Of a DNA stretch of 64,000 bases, positions 10,898 through 21,500 are shown one piece after another. The DNA is taken from the IMG/VR virus record IMGVR_UViG_3300034355_000809; one strand, 5' to 3'. The notes below the pieces were generated by a model. That model did no database searches, had not been told where the DNA came from, and worked only from the letters and a program-made list of their open reading frames with translations. The translations under genes were made by a program, and so were the position numbers. The stretch is from a virus. The first letter of the stretch is position 1. Each line of letters opens with the position of its first letter.

Positions 10898-11280
10898 TGA
10901 GCGATTTCTATTTTGATCTTAGTGGTGATATTAAAGTCTCACCAAATAAAGATATAGCTGTTATAGGAGATGGGTCAAGGAAAGACGTCCAACAAATATA
11001 CATAAGACTTATGACAGAGCCAAATGACTTTACTGTATATCCAAGGCTTGGCTGCGATCTCTCTATGCTCTATGGAATGCCGCAAAGTAAAACTACTGGT
11101 GAACTAGGTAAAAGAATTATAAGAAATGCGCTTATGGACGAAACTGTAGGTGGTATATTTAAAGGTAGATTTATAACAATAGACGCCGTACCAACATCTG
11201 CTAATTCAATTAGATTTGATGTACATATAGAAGACAATAGTGTGGAACCGATAACTCTTTCGGTTACACAAAACATTTAA
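10897..11280 (+). CDS. Baseplate wedge subunit, gp25/GPW-like
   Basis: 127 aa with QQIYIRLMTEPNDF..YPRLGCDL..LYG, directly upstream of the J-like gene. Confidence 0.75.
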   Translation: MSDFYFDLSGDIKVSPNKDIAVIGDGSRKDVQQIYIRLMTEPNDFTVYPRLGCDLSMLYGMPQSKTTGELGKRIIRNALMDETVGGIFKGRFITIDAVPTSANSIRFDVHIEDNSVEPITLSVTQNI

Positions 11281-11292
11281 TAAGGAGCAAAA

Positions 11293-12462
11293 ATGGCGAT
11301 AGTTTATAGCAAAAGTAAACCAGAGGTACTAGGCAGAATGCTTTTAGCATTAGAAAAAAATGCTGGTATTACGGCAACATATCCTGGAGCTATAGCTAGA
11401 GCTTTTGCTGAAGCAGTTGCCACAGAGGTAAGTGATTTGTATGAGACTTTAAAGTTTGCGGTTGATCAAACAGCAATGTCAACAGCCTCTGGTAGGTCGC
11501 TTGACCTGATTGGTGAACTCTACGGCGTTGGCAGAAAAGTCGTTTCTCCAGATGCAGAACAAGAAAGATCAAGTTTTAATATAGAGTTCTTTATTAGTTC
11601 GCCTTCTTCATCTGACATCATTGTCACTAAGGGAACTTCTATCTTTAATGACGTTACCGAGTTTGCCTCTAGACAGTATCAGTACCAGTTAGAGTCTGAC
11701 GTAGTTATAATAGCCGGAACTACTAAAGCATTCGGAAGAATTACCCCTTCTTTTAGTAGTGAAGACTTTACCGCAGCCAGAGGTAGCTTAACAAAGCACA
11801 ACTTCACCGCACCAGATGGAACAATAGTCTATTGCTCAAACCCAAAGGAAGTCTATTCTACTTCTGGCATGGAAAGTGATGAGAATTATCGTCGTAGAAT
11901 TAGTCTTTCGATAAAGGAAAGATCATATGGAACAGCAGAATCCCTAAGACTCAATGCTCTTGCACTTCCAGGAGTAAGAGATGTTAGAATTAGAGAGTCT
12001 TCATATGGGCTTGGTTCTTGTGACATTATTGTTGTCCCAGAATCTCAGAGAATAGATCCTAGCTTTGTGCAAAATGTTGCAAGTAATTTATCTGGGAGAA
12101 AACCTGTGGGCATAAAGCTCAATATAAGGATTGCAGATAGGATTGGCATAAACACTGTTGCCAATATAGTTCTGCCACAGGGACTTAGTTCATCAGCCAT
12201 TACTGCTATAGAAAACCAAGCTAATTTGTTTGTTAAAAGATACTTGAATTCTATGACAATAGGCAGTTCTATTTCATATTCAGATATAGAAAGTCAGATT
12301 AGGGCGTCTTCTGATTTTATCAAAAGTGTCAATGTATTAAGCGTCACCTCAAAGGGTCAGGAAATACCTAAGGGTATTTTTAGGTTAAACACCGAAAGAG
12401 AGTACATGATAGCTGGGACTGTATCGGTTTTTTCTGTTATAATGTCTTCACAAGGTTATTAG
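11293..12462 (+). CDS. Baseplate J-like wedge protein
   Basis: ASGRSLDLIGELYGVGR and GMESDENYRRRI...GTAESL...ALPGVRDV are baseplate-J motifs. AAGGAG SD. Confidence 0.85.
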   Translation: MAIVYSKSKPEVLGRMLLALEKNAGITATYPGAIARAFAEAVATEVSDLYETLKFAVDQTAMSTASGRSLDLIGELYGVGRKVVSPDAEQERSSFNIEFFISSPSSSDIIVTKGTSIFNDVTEFASRQYQYQLESDVVIIAGTTKAFGRITPSFSSEDFTAARGSLTKHNFTAPDGTIVYCSNPKEVYSTSGMESDENYRRRISLSIKERSYGTAESLRLNALALPGVRDVRIRESSYGLGSCDIIVVPESQRIDPSFVQNVASNLSGRKPVGIKLNIRIADRIGINTVANIVLPQGLSSSAITAIENQANLFVKRYLNSMTIGSSISYSDIESQIRASSDFIKSVNVLSVTSKGQEIPKGIFRLNTEREYMIAGTVSVFSVIMSSQGY

Positions 12463-12483
12463 AACTGAAAGAGTGGTATTTAC

Positions 12484-13749
12484 ATGTCAGACAAGCTTTT
12501 TCTTGTCACCAAGACTCACATAGTCAAAGCTAAAAATATGAAACACGCCCGTAGCATTATCGAGGGCGATGAAGATATTCCTGGCGATTTGCTAGTCGAT
12601 AATATTTTTGCAAAAGAAGTAGACGAAGAACAGGCTTCTCACTATTTTTCTACTGGTCAAAACTCATTCTATGACACAGTCGATGAGATAGATGAAGATA
12701 CATACGAAACAGATACTGTAGGTTCGAGTTATGGCGTATCGGTGCCGTCAGCGACTATAGACTTTTTGAGATCAGAAAATAAGAGACTTGCCCGTTCTGC
12801 AGACAAGTACAAGAACATAAGCGATCATGCTTCTGAGACTATCTATAAAGCAGCACACGATGTCTTTTCTAAATTTGAGCTACCAACACTGATAAGAAAA
12901 GAAGCAAGAAAACCAGGCAAGGGCACTCCAGAAACTGCAGTAGTAGTTTTTGCTGACTGGCAGCTTGGCAAGGTGACGCCTGATTACAACTCAGAAGTAA
13001 CCGCAAAAAGAATTGAATTGTATACAGAAAAGATGCTGGAAATTGTAGAAATACAAAGAGCAGATCACCCAATTGATAATCTGCATGTATGGATGCTAGG
13101 TGACATTGTGGAGGGGGAAGAGATATTCCCTGGACAGAGCCACTTGATTGACTCAGGTATCTACAGACAGGTTGGTGTCAATGGACCAGAAATCCTAAGT
13201 AAATTCTTTGCTACGAGTCTTGAAAACTTTAACCAGGTCAATGTTACTGCGGTTATTGGAAATCATGGATCTGTTGGTGGCAGAAATAGAAAGATGTATG
13301 ATCCAGAATCTAATATGGATAGACTTCTTTACAAGATTACCAGCTTGATCTTTGCAAATAATCCAAGAATTAACTTCAACATTCCAGATGGAAGAGGCGA
13401 AAGACACTGGTATGCAGTAGATAAGATCGGTGATTATTCAAGTCTTTTAATTCATGGTGACCAAATGCCTTCGCCTAACTCTATTACCGCTTACTATAGG
13501 AAGGTAATGGGTTGGAAAGACGGTGCAATTCCAGAAGAGTTCCAAGATGTGTTTATGGGTCATTATCATCAGCAAGCAAAGATGACCTTAGGCAGTTCAA
13601 CTTTAAGAATATCTGGTTCACCAGAAAGCTACAATACGTATGCCCAAGAGTATTTCCACTCGATGAGCAGACCATGTCAGCACTTAATGTTCGTACACCC
13701 AGAGCGCGGAGTTACTTCAGAATATTCAGTATGGCTTGACGAAGTTTAA
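12484..13749 (+). CDS. Calcineurin-like metallophosphoesterase with N-terminal extension
   Basis: Metal-binding motifs ADWQLG, GDIVEG, GNH, HGD and GHYH occur in order. Confidence 0.8.
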   Translation: MSDKLFLVTKTHIVKAKNMKHARSIIEGDEDIPGDLLVDNIFAKEVDEEQASHYFSTGQNSFYDTVDEIDEDTYETDTVGSSYGVSVPSATIDFLRSENKRLARSADKYKNISDHASETIYKAAHDVFSKFELPTLIRKEARKPGKGTPETAVVVFADWQLGKVTPDYNSEVTAKRIELYTEKMLEIVEIQRADHPIDNLHVWMLGDIVEGEEIFPGQSHLIDSGIYRQVGVNGPEILSKFFATSLENFNQVNVTAVIGNHGSVGGRNRKMYDPESNMDRLLYKITSLIFANNPRINFNIPDGRGERHWYAVDKIGDYSSLLIHGDQMPSPNSITAYYRKVMGWKDGAIPEEFQDVFMGHYHQQAKMTLGSSTLRISGSPESYNTYAQEYFHSMSRPCQHLMFVHPERGVTSEYSVWLDEV

Positions 13750-13764
13750 TAGGATTAAGGTTAG

Positions 13765-16700
13765 ATGAAAACATACTTCCTTGCATTAAATAACTCTGAT
13801 TTCAACATCAGTGGCAATACTTGGACGTCCAATGTCATCGACCTATATTCAAATAGATTCTATACCAACTTCTCAACTCTTAGATCACAACATGGCTTAA
13901 ATGAGCTAGGAGATTATACTTTTGTTGGAACTGAGTTAAGGCCAGATGCCACTCCAACGCTTGATTCAACCACTAAGGTAACCAACTATGGTGAAATAGT
14001 ACTTGAAGAAACTATTGGAGAATATGGATTTTTTAATCCTGATGATTTCCAGGATGGAAGGTACATCTTTGACCTGGTACAATCTTCCCCATTTTGGATT
14101 ATGGGTCCAGACTATGAGTCTCAACTAGTTTATAGATTTGTTGATACCACAAGCAGAGTGGATATTATAGGCTACAAGCATGCATTTGCCAACCTTCCTG
14201 GGGCTGAGCAGCCTACTGTGCAAGTTAAGGTCTACACTGCGGATATAGAAAATGCACAAGACTCTGAATGGCTCCAAGTTGCATATGTCAACCAAAGCAC
14301 ATCCCTGCTCTTTATAAGAGACGTTAAAAGATATTGTAAGTTTGAAGTAATAATTTCATCGGACTCTTCGCTTGAGAATTCAAACTTCCTTTTGTTGGTG
14401 CAAACCCAAATAGATGAAATTGCTGTCCCAGTCATATCAGATCATACAAGAAGCGTTCTTGCAAGATTCCCTTCATGGACGAAGATTTACGGAGACTCCT
14501 TAGAAAGAGCAACTCCATCATTGGCATTACCGGAAACAAATGCTGGAAAAATGATCAATGCATTAATTGGTGATGACCTAGATAAAATAGATGAATTAAT
14601 TTCTAGGGTGGAATTAGATTCCTACATTGGTTCAGCAACACTATCGGAAACTGCTTGGATGTATGTATGCACCAACGTTGCTCCTGGTTTTGTGAAAATC
14701 ATTGGGGATAACACCGAGCTAGCTAGAGTTTCAACAATGCGAGAATTGTTGGAAACAAGAACTACAGATTATGTTTTCTATTATAATTTTTCTACATTAG
14801 AATTATATACTCTAAGAAAATTTGTGAAACTAAAAGTAGATAATACTTTAACCGACCAAATTGTTATACAGAGTTTAAATAGCTTTGATGAATTTGGTGT
14901 TAGAGTAGGTCTCCAAAGATTGTATCTTGAATCAAATTTAAATTTCTCTAAGAGAATTTTAGATGTTTACAGAAATCCTCCTGCTATCAACGCAGAGGGA
15001 TTAAAGCTGACACTAAGAAGAGAATTAGATATATGGAGAGCTGTTGGTGCAACACCTGAATCCACATATCTTGGAGCAACTCCTGAAATTATAGAGATAT
15101 CAGATTTAGAAACAATGTCAAAATACTTTTCTAAAGATGGAATTCCAACTAAAGAATTTTTTGATTTTGTAGAATATATTAACGTTAAATATCCAACCAA
15201 CTATGGCTACATCAAGTGGGGCGAAGCTTACTGGGACTACGCTGGAAAGTTCCAAGAGGGTATATCTTCAATACCAACAATTTTGGACTCAGCAACTCCT
15301 CAATCTTACTCAAGTGATTATCAGCCTGGTATCGGTGACTTTGAAGATGCAAGACTTAAGTTGGAAAAACTAGATAGAGAAATTACTAAATCATCTTTTG
15401 GTCTTAGAGTTTCGGGAATTAAATATGAAAACACTGAACCAGCCTATGAACCAATAGATGTAAAGTACGATAGCTATATTTCTTATTACGAAGATTATGT
15501 AGAAAACAATACAGCAACAATCACCTATGATGTAAAGCTATTGTTGAATCTACATGGCGACATACCAAACGATGCCGTGTACACAGCAAGATTTAGAGAT
15601 TACATAACAAATATCTATGATCAGACATCATCGCCAGAATATATTGTAAGATCAATTTTTAATCCCTCTGGATTTACCACCGGGGATTCGATTTATTACA
15701 ACCAGGGTGGAACACCATATGTAAATACATTTAGCGTTTCTGCCACAGAGTCGTACACTTTTAGTGAAATACCGTTGTACTCAGTCGATGCAGCAACGGT
15801 TAGTTTTATCAGTTCTAGTGGACCAAGTGGTGCAACAGGCAGCTACGCAACAATCGGATTCTTGGATGCAACTCCAAATACATACGCAAAAAATACAAGC
15901 AAAAATGTAATCAAAACAGCAGCGCAAATAAATGACTCACCGTACGCTACAAAGTTGAAGATAAACTCAGAAATATATGACGCTAAAAAGAAGAGACTTG
16001 TAAACACACCAAAGATTAGATCAGACCGTTTTTCAAATAAGGTAAATAACTCTAATGATATAACTAAGCAGTCTGCGGTTACATTTACTCCTCAAGATAT
16101 AATTAAGAACTTTATCATACCGTTTGGTGCCACACCAGTATATGTCCACATAGAAAATATCATTGAAGATAGCTACGATATTGACTTGTCAGCATCTCCA
16201 TATCAGGGGTATGGTGGTATCTCAAAGAACAGAGATCAAAACAAAACGTATTTGATTCCCTCTGTGCCTAACGTATTGTTCAGTTTTATTAATCCAAACT
16301 TTGCTACTCCGGAACAGCATGAAAATTATATCGATACAATAGGATCTACTGTAAATTATTATTTTACAAATATTAAATTTCCCTTTTCAGCAACTCCAAA
16401 TCAACTAAGAATATCTTCAAACGATGATGGAAACTATCCATTTAATTATTTGACTTGGGAAAATTTTACAGCTAATTATATAGGCGATATAGAATATTAT
16501 ATTAGCGATCACGGAGTTGTTTCGGGGAACTCAACAGTAGATTACAGCTTACTAAATAATGAGTCAAGCTATATGGTTGGAAGATATGACTTTAATAGAT
16601 CAGATTTTGGTTTATCAGATTATGATTCTTCACCCAACTTGTGGATTAGGGATCTAGAAGTTATTAATGAAGATGATAACACTTTGGTATACACTGGTTG

Positions 16701-18558
16701 GAATAACAGCCCAATTAGTATTTATACTGAAGATGACGGCACTTCAGAGTCTTATGTATTCCAAAATGATTACATAGACCAGGCTAGATGGCAGTATCTT
16801 CTTGACAAGAATCAAGCTACTCCAGAAGGACTTTTAAATTATCTTGATCCAAATACTGGGAAATATACATTGAAGAACATACCAATTTGGGCTTTCCGTT
16901 CTGATTTTAGAAATGAAAGTATTAATCCTTCAATTAAAACTGGTTGGTATTATCAGGATGGCGAAGAAAGATACATTTACGCAAAACCAAAAACTGAAAG
17001 CATATTTCAAGAGGCAACACCTTATACGCATAAGCAGATACTTCTTCCTCAGGTCGCCAGACAAGGTGCTCCAATCATTGTTAGCGTAGATCCATATAAT
17101 GATAATGCAGCTAGCCCAGCAGTTGAATATATGCAAGTAGCTTTCTCGGAAGAAGCAACCCCAAGTGCATTTTCTTACTATAACTATGAATACATTACTT
17201 CAAAATACGACGACTATTTAGCTCTAGCTTATTCTAATATTTTTGACATAACAATAAAAGATGAATACACGGGACAAACTGTAGCGTCTGGCTTGCATAC
17301 GCCAACTAATATTATCGACTCAAGCATTCTTGCTTCATCCGGAATGATCAAAGCGGGACGAGAATATAGAGTATCATACAGGGTCAAGAACACCTTCAAT
17401 GTTGACAACCAGTATTTCTATGAAATTGATAACTCATATAGAAGTTTGGTGACACTCTTAAGTACTCCAGATACAAGCGTATGGCTTACTGAGGTAACCT
17501 ATGAATCTGCACTATTTGATACTGATGCAGAGATTGATACAGTATCATTGAATCCATTGTATACTCCAAGCAACGAGGGGTATGTATTTATTTCACATAA
17601 TTCATATGATCTTGGATCCATAGAAGCCTCATTGACTCCCAAGGAAATTTTGTCAGACAATGTAGATTACATGGCTTTAAATATTTGGTCATATGATATA
17701 AATGGTAACCCAAAACCAAATATTCCAATATCAATATCAGGTTTAAACATATCAGCAATGCCATCAACACTGCTCACAAGTAGTGATGGGTACGCAAGAG
17801 CATACATATCTTATATGGGGGACAATGTTGCTACGCCAACAATAAGACAAGTCTTAGTCCAAGAAAATCATAGCACCCCGTCCCTATATTCTGCTACTGT
17901 CAACTATGTACTAAAGCCAGATCTAACAGATGTCAACAAGCTTTCTGCAGAAGTAACAAAGAAAATCATCAACGCAGATGGTCAGGAAAAGGTTTACATT
18001 TTCGGCAATGCAACACCTAACGCTTCAGTTTACTGGAGAAGAGGGCGTAACCTATACCTAGCTTTAAATACAGAATATTCCACTAACCAAACAGCACCTG
18101 AGCAAGTTGGCTACGCTGGAATGACTACAGCAGATGCTAATGGCAACTTCCAGATTGGCCCATACAGAGCACAAAACGATGCTACTCCAGGCTACTGGTT
18201 TACTGTGGTCGATAGCGAATTCTCCCCAACTCCTACAGCAGAACCTGTTACTATAGTAGGAGACATAGTTTACTGGTATGAAAGATATGATGTTAATCAG
18301 TCTAATTCAGGTGAGCCAACCCTACCTCCAGATAATGGTTCTGAAACTGGGTATGCCCACTATTTGTCTAACCCGGCTTTTAAAATGAATGCAGATACTG
18401 AAGAAGTTTATTATGAAAATACTTTTGAAAATAGTTGGAATTTGCCAATCTGGTATCCAATTAGTAGATATGATCAGTACCAGATGGGCCTGTTCGGCTC
18501 AACTCCATATATTATTGACACATATCAAACATTAAGACCTGATTATGAAGAGGAATAA
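13765..18558 (+). CDS. Large virion structural protein (1597 aa) with 15 Ala-Thr-Pro motifs
   Basis: Long ORF in the structural module. FDEFGVRVGLQRLYLESN resembles wedge/tail-protein motifs, and there is an Ig-like C-terminal part. Confidence 0.6.
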   Translation: MKTYFLALNNSDFNISGNTWTSNVIDLYSNRFYTNFSTLRSQHGLNELGDYTFVGTELRPDATPTLDSTTKVTNYGEIVLEETIGEYGFFNPDDFQDGRYIFDLVQSSPFWIMGPDYESQLVYRFVDTTSRVDIIGYKHAFANLPGAEQPTVQVKVYTADIENAQDSEWLQVAYVNQSTSLLFIRDVKRYCKFEVIISSDSSLENSNFLLLVQTQIDEIAVPVISDHTRSVLARFPSWTKIYGDSLERATPSLALPETNAGKMINALIGDDLDKIDELISRVELDSYIGSATLSETAWMYVCTNVAPGFVKIIGDNTELARVSTMRELLETRTTDYVFYYNFSTLELYTLRKFVKLKVDNTLTDQIVIQSLNSFDEFGVRVGLQRLYLESNLNFSKRILDVYRNPPAINAEGLKLTLRRELDIWRAVGATPESTYLGATPEIIEISDLETMSKYFSKDGIPTKEFFDFVEYINVKYPTNYGYIKWGEAYWDYAGKFQEGISSIPTILDSATPQSYSSDYQPGIGDFEDARLKLEKLDREITKSSFGLRVSGIKYENTEPAYEPIDVKYDSYISYYEDYVENNTATITYDVKLLLNLHGDIPNDAVYTARFRDYITNIYDQTSSPEYIVRSIFNPSGFTTGDSIYYNQGGTPYVNTFSVSATESYTFSEIPLYSVDAATVSFISSSGPSGATGSYATIGFLDATPNTYAKNTSKNVIKTAAQINDSPYATKLKINSEIYDAKKKRLVNTPKIRSDRFSNKVNNSNDITKQSAVTFTPQDIIKNFIIPFGATPVYVHIENIIEDSYDIDLSASPYQGYGGISKNRDQNKTYLIPSVPNVLFSFINPNFATPEQHENYIDTIGSTVNYYFTNIKFPFSATPNQLRISSNDDGNYPFNYLTWENFTANYIGDIEYYISDHGVVSGNSTVDYSLLNNESSYMVGRYDFNRSDFGLSDYDSSPNLWIRDLEVINEDDNTLVYTGWNNSPISIYTEDDGTSESYVFQNDYIDQARWQYLLDKNQATPEGLLNYLDPNTGKYTLKNIPIWAFRSDFRNESINPSIKTGWYYQDGEERYIYAKPKTESIFQEATPYTHKQILLPQVARQGAPIIVSVDPYNDNAASPAVEYMQVAFSEEATPSAFSYYNYEYITSKYDDYLALAYSNIFDITIKDEYTGQTVASGLHTPTNIIDSSILASSGMIKAGREYRVSYRVKNTFNVDNQYFYEIDNSYRSLVTLLSTPDTSVWLTEVTYESALFDTDAEIDTVSLNPLYTPSNEGYVFISHNSYDLGSIEASLTPKEILSDNVDYMALNIWSYDINGNPKPNIPISISGLNISAMPSTLLTSSDGYARAYISYMGDNVATPTIRQVLVQENHSTPSLYSATVNYVLKPDLTDVNKLSAEVTKKIINADGQEKVYIFGNATPNASVYWRRGRNLYLALNTEYSTNQTAPEQVGYAGMTTADANGNFQIGPYRAQNDATPGYWFTVVDSEFSPTPTAEPVTIVGDIVYWYERYDVNQSNSGEPTLPPDNGSETGYAHYLSNPAFKMNADTEEVYYENTFENSWNLPIWYPISRYDQYQMGLFGSTPYIIDTYQTLRPDYEEE

Positions 18559-18560
18559 AA

Positions 18561-21500
18561 ATGAAGAAATTTGAAAACTTTACTAATCCAGGTAATGATG
18601 AAGAGTTTGCAGTTAAAAGAGGAAAGAATCTTCCTTCTGACGCAGTAAATTTGCGGATACTATAACACAGAAGAGGTCACCCCAGAGTCTTTCCTTTCTG
18701 TAGCCGATCTTTCCGGATTTCAAAAAGAAAATTCAAGAGATGTTTCAGCTATCGAAAATGATTTTGCAATGTACGCTGATGAATTTGGTGTTCTTAGGTA
18801 TATAAAAACTAATGCAGAAAGACACCAAACAAAACATTCTCCTATAGTAAAAAACTCAGAAGTTTCTGTGACCAACTATGTCATTAATCAGGAGCCAGGA
18901 AATGTAAATAACAACTACACATCGAAAATAGACGAATTCGAAAGCGCTAGATTCGGACATAGCTACTATGTTTCTAGATTTTTTACAATTCTACCCAATA
19001 CTGCTTCTGGCTACAGTGGAGTAGGGACATCATTGAGAGTTGACAATCCAGATCAATACAATATTAAAGTTGTAGATTCATCCGGAAACAAATATGTTAA
19101 TTCAATGAATGAAAATAATTATGAAGTTTTTATTGAAAAATATCAAGACGATATAAATACAACATCTTATAACTATTATAGAATTATTATCGTATTAGAT
19201 GAGCCAGATCCAATTGGTTTATATATGATATACGATAAGTATGAAAAAAATAAAGACGGGATCCCATTTAATCAGTTCTTAAATTATAAGGAATATATTA
19301 ATGCAATTCCATCATATACCTATACTGTTGAAGAGTCAGAGGTAATAGACCAAAGTTCTTTCAATAAAAGAATATATTCAACTCAATTGTTTTCTCATAA
19401 AGAAAATAAGCTTCTTAAAAACAAAACAGAAGATGAAGGTTGGAAAGTCGTAACTCCAAAAAAGGCAATTCAAGATCCTAGAACGTTCCAAAACTTTAAC
19501 TGGAGATTGCTAGCAAAGATAAATTATGATTTTAGCAAGATAAAAGATATTTATGAAGATTCAGAAAGGGCAAGACTTAATGCAGCAGTATTATATTCAG
19601 GTTCTTTAAACAGTATACAAAATCCATACGTCTTTGCTAACCTTGAAGAGTCAGTAATAAACCAGCAAAATTTTATATTTGTCAATCCACTATCATCTAC
19701 AACTGATAAAACAAAAAAATCTTACTGGGCCTTGAATATAGATACATTTGCAAGCGATTACTTTTCAAATCCAGACGCTTATAACTACGATTTTTTAGTC
19801 TGGACGCCAAATGCTACGATAACCGAAAATCAAAAAAGAGCAATTGATACATTCCTTTCAAAAGGAGTTTCAGTATTTATCGACTGTTCAAACTTAGGCA
19901 CTTACACTACACAAGGAGGCTTATCTGCATCTGGCTTAATTAATTTTGACTTCAACTTAACATCAGTATCAAAGAACACTGGCCTAATAAAGATAGTTGA
20001 TGAATATATTACTGGAGAAGAAACTTTAAATGGTTGGGATCTTGATCCTTATCATGAGTCTTCAGTAGCAAGAAAGTTTGGCATATTTGGACCTAGATGG
20101 GATGTGTTTAATAACAATGCTATCAGACCAATCACGGTCTTTGGTAACACGCCAGAAAGTCAAGACGGATCAGCTAAGTCGATAGCTTACATACAAGATG
20201 GAAACACCAACTATACGGCTATACTAAAAGACAAATATAATGTCAATTCTGAATTCTCAGCTTTTGCTGTGTTTTGCCTAAACCCATTCTTAACCTATAT
20301 CAATGATAACTACGGTGGAAGCGGCCTAGGCATCTCCGCTCCGAACAGAGGAGATTCCAATGCGTATCCAGTTGGCAAAGTGGGTAGCCAAATAGGGCTA
20401 TTGAGCGAAGCAGTTATTGGACCAAATAGAATGTTCTACAACATTTTATGCGAGTCAAATAAAAATAAAGTTAATAGCAAAAAGCAGTTTTCTAGAGATT
20501 CAACTATAGTTTGGAACGTCTCACCTTGGAGGAATTCTTGGACGATCAATGGAAAAAGAGATAGTTCTGGAAAAATAAATGTTTTATTTGATGATGAAAA
20601 AGCAACATTTAAATTCTCAGAAAAAATTCAAGAGGTATCAGATAGCACAAGCACGCAAGTGCTTACCAATTATTTTTGCAGAGAATTAAATTCTTCGATA
20701 GGTTCGCTATTAGTTTCTGACTTCGAGCTCACGTCCATGCCGATAGAAGCTCAAACTTTAATCAATGCTGATTACAGCAACGTAGAGTTTTATATTGAGT
20801 GTACAAATGACAACGTAGGTTTTCTGAACTTTAATAAAATCGACAATACCAATTACATTTTTAGTGATGTTAAAACTTCTTATAGCATACATCAGCTTAG
20901 TCCAAGTGCTAAAACAAAATTAGCACAAGCCCCACTAACAGTTGATGCATACTCAAAAGTTTTTTCAAGAGAATTTGATTTAGGCTCAATCCATTATCCA
21001 TATGTGGTTTTGGAGTATTCGGATTATCAAGCGCAAATTAATTCTATTGTAAAAATTCCATCAGAGTATTTGCCAGGCAGTCAATTCGTAAAAGACTATG
21101 ACTTTGCTTTTAAAACTCAAGTGTTTGTAACAGAGGTTATAACCAACAGATATAGCTTTGACGTTAAGTGGAAGACTCAATTCTCGACTGACCTAAACGT
21201 TAACGTAACTGGTGGAATCAAAGTTATTACTGAAAAAGGAACAGCTGCTGTTGCAGAAGGCAAAGGCTTTGCAATAGATGTACAAAAGTCTGACCCAGAA
21301 AGAAGAGTAATAGGGAACAAAAATTCTCCATTTGGAGTTTTAGGCTATGCTTATCCAACAAACGTTTTTTCTGAAACAGATATTACCTCAGTAAAACCTA
21401 AAGCTAGAACATCAGTCCAAAACAGTTTTCACTATACTGCTGACATACCCTTAACTCAATATGGTGATGAATATATGGCTGGCAAGAGTGGGCCATTGAC

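Noticed and set aside
1-12462. Bacterial eCIS/T6SS/tailocin locus
   Set aside because: It is contiguous with phage replication, sigma and lysis genes at phage-like gene density, with no cellular housekeeping context.
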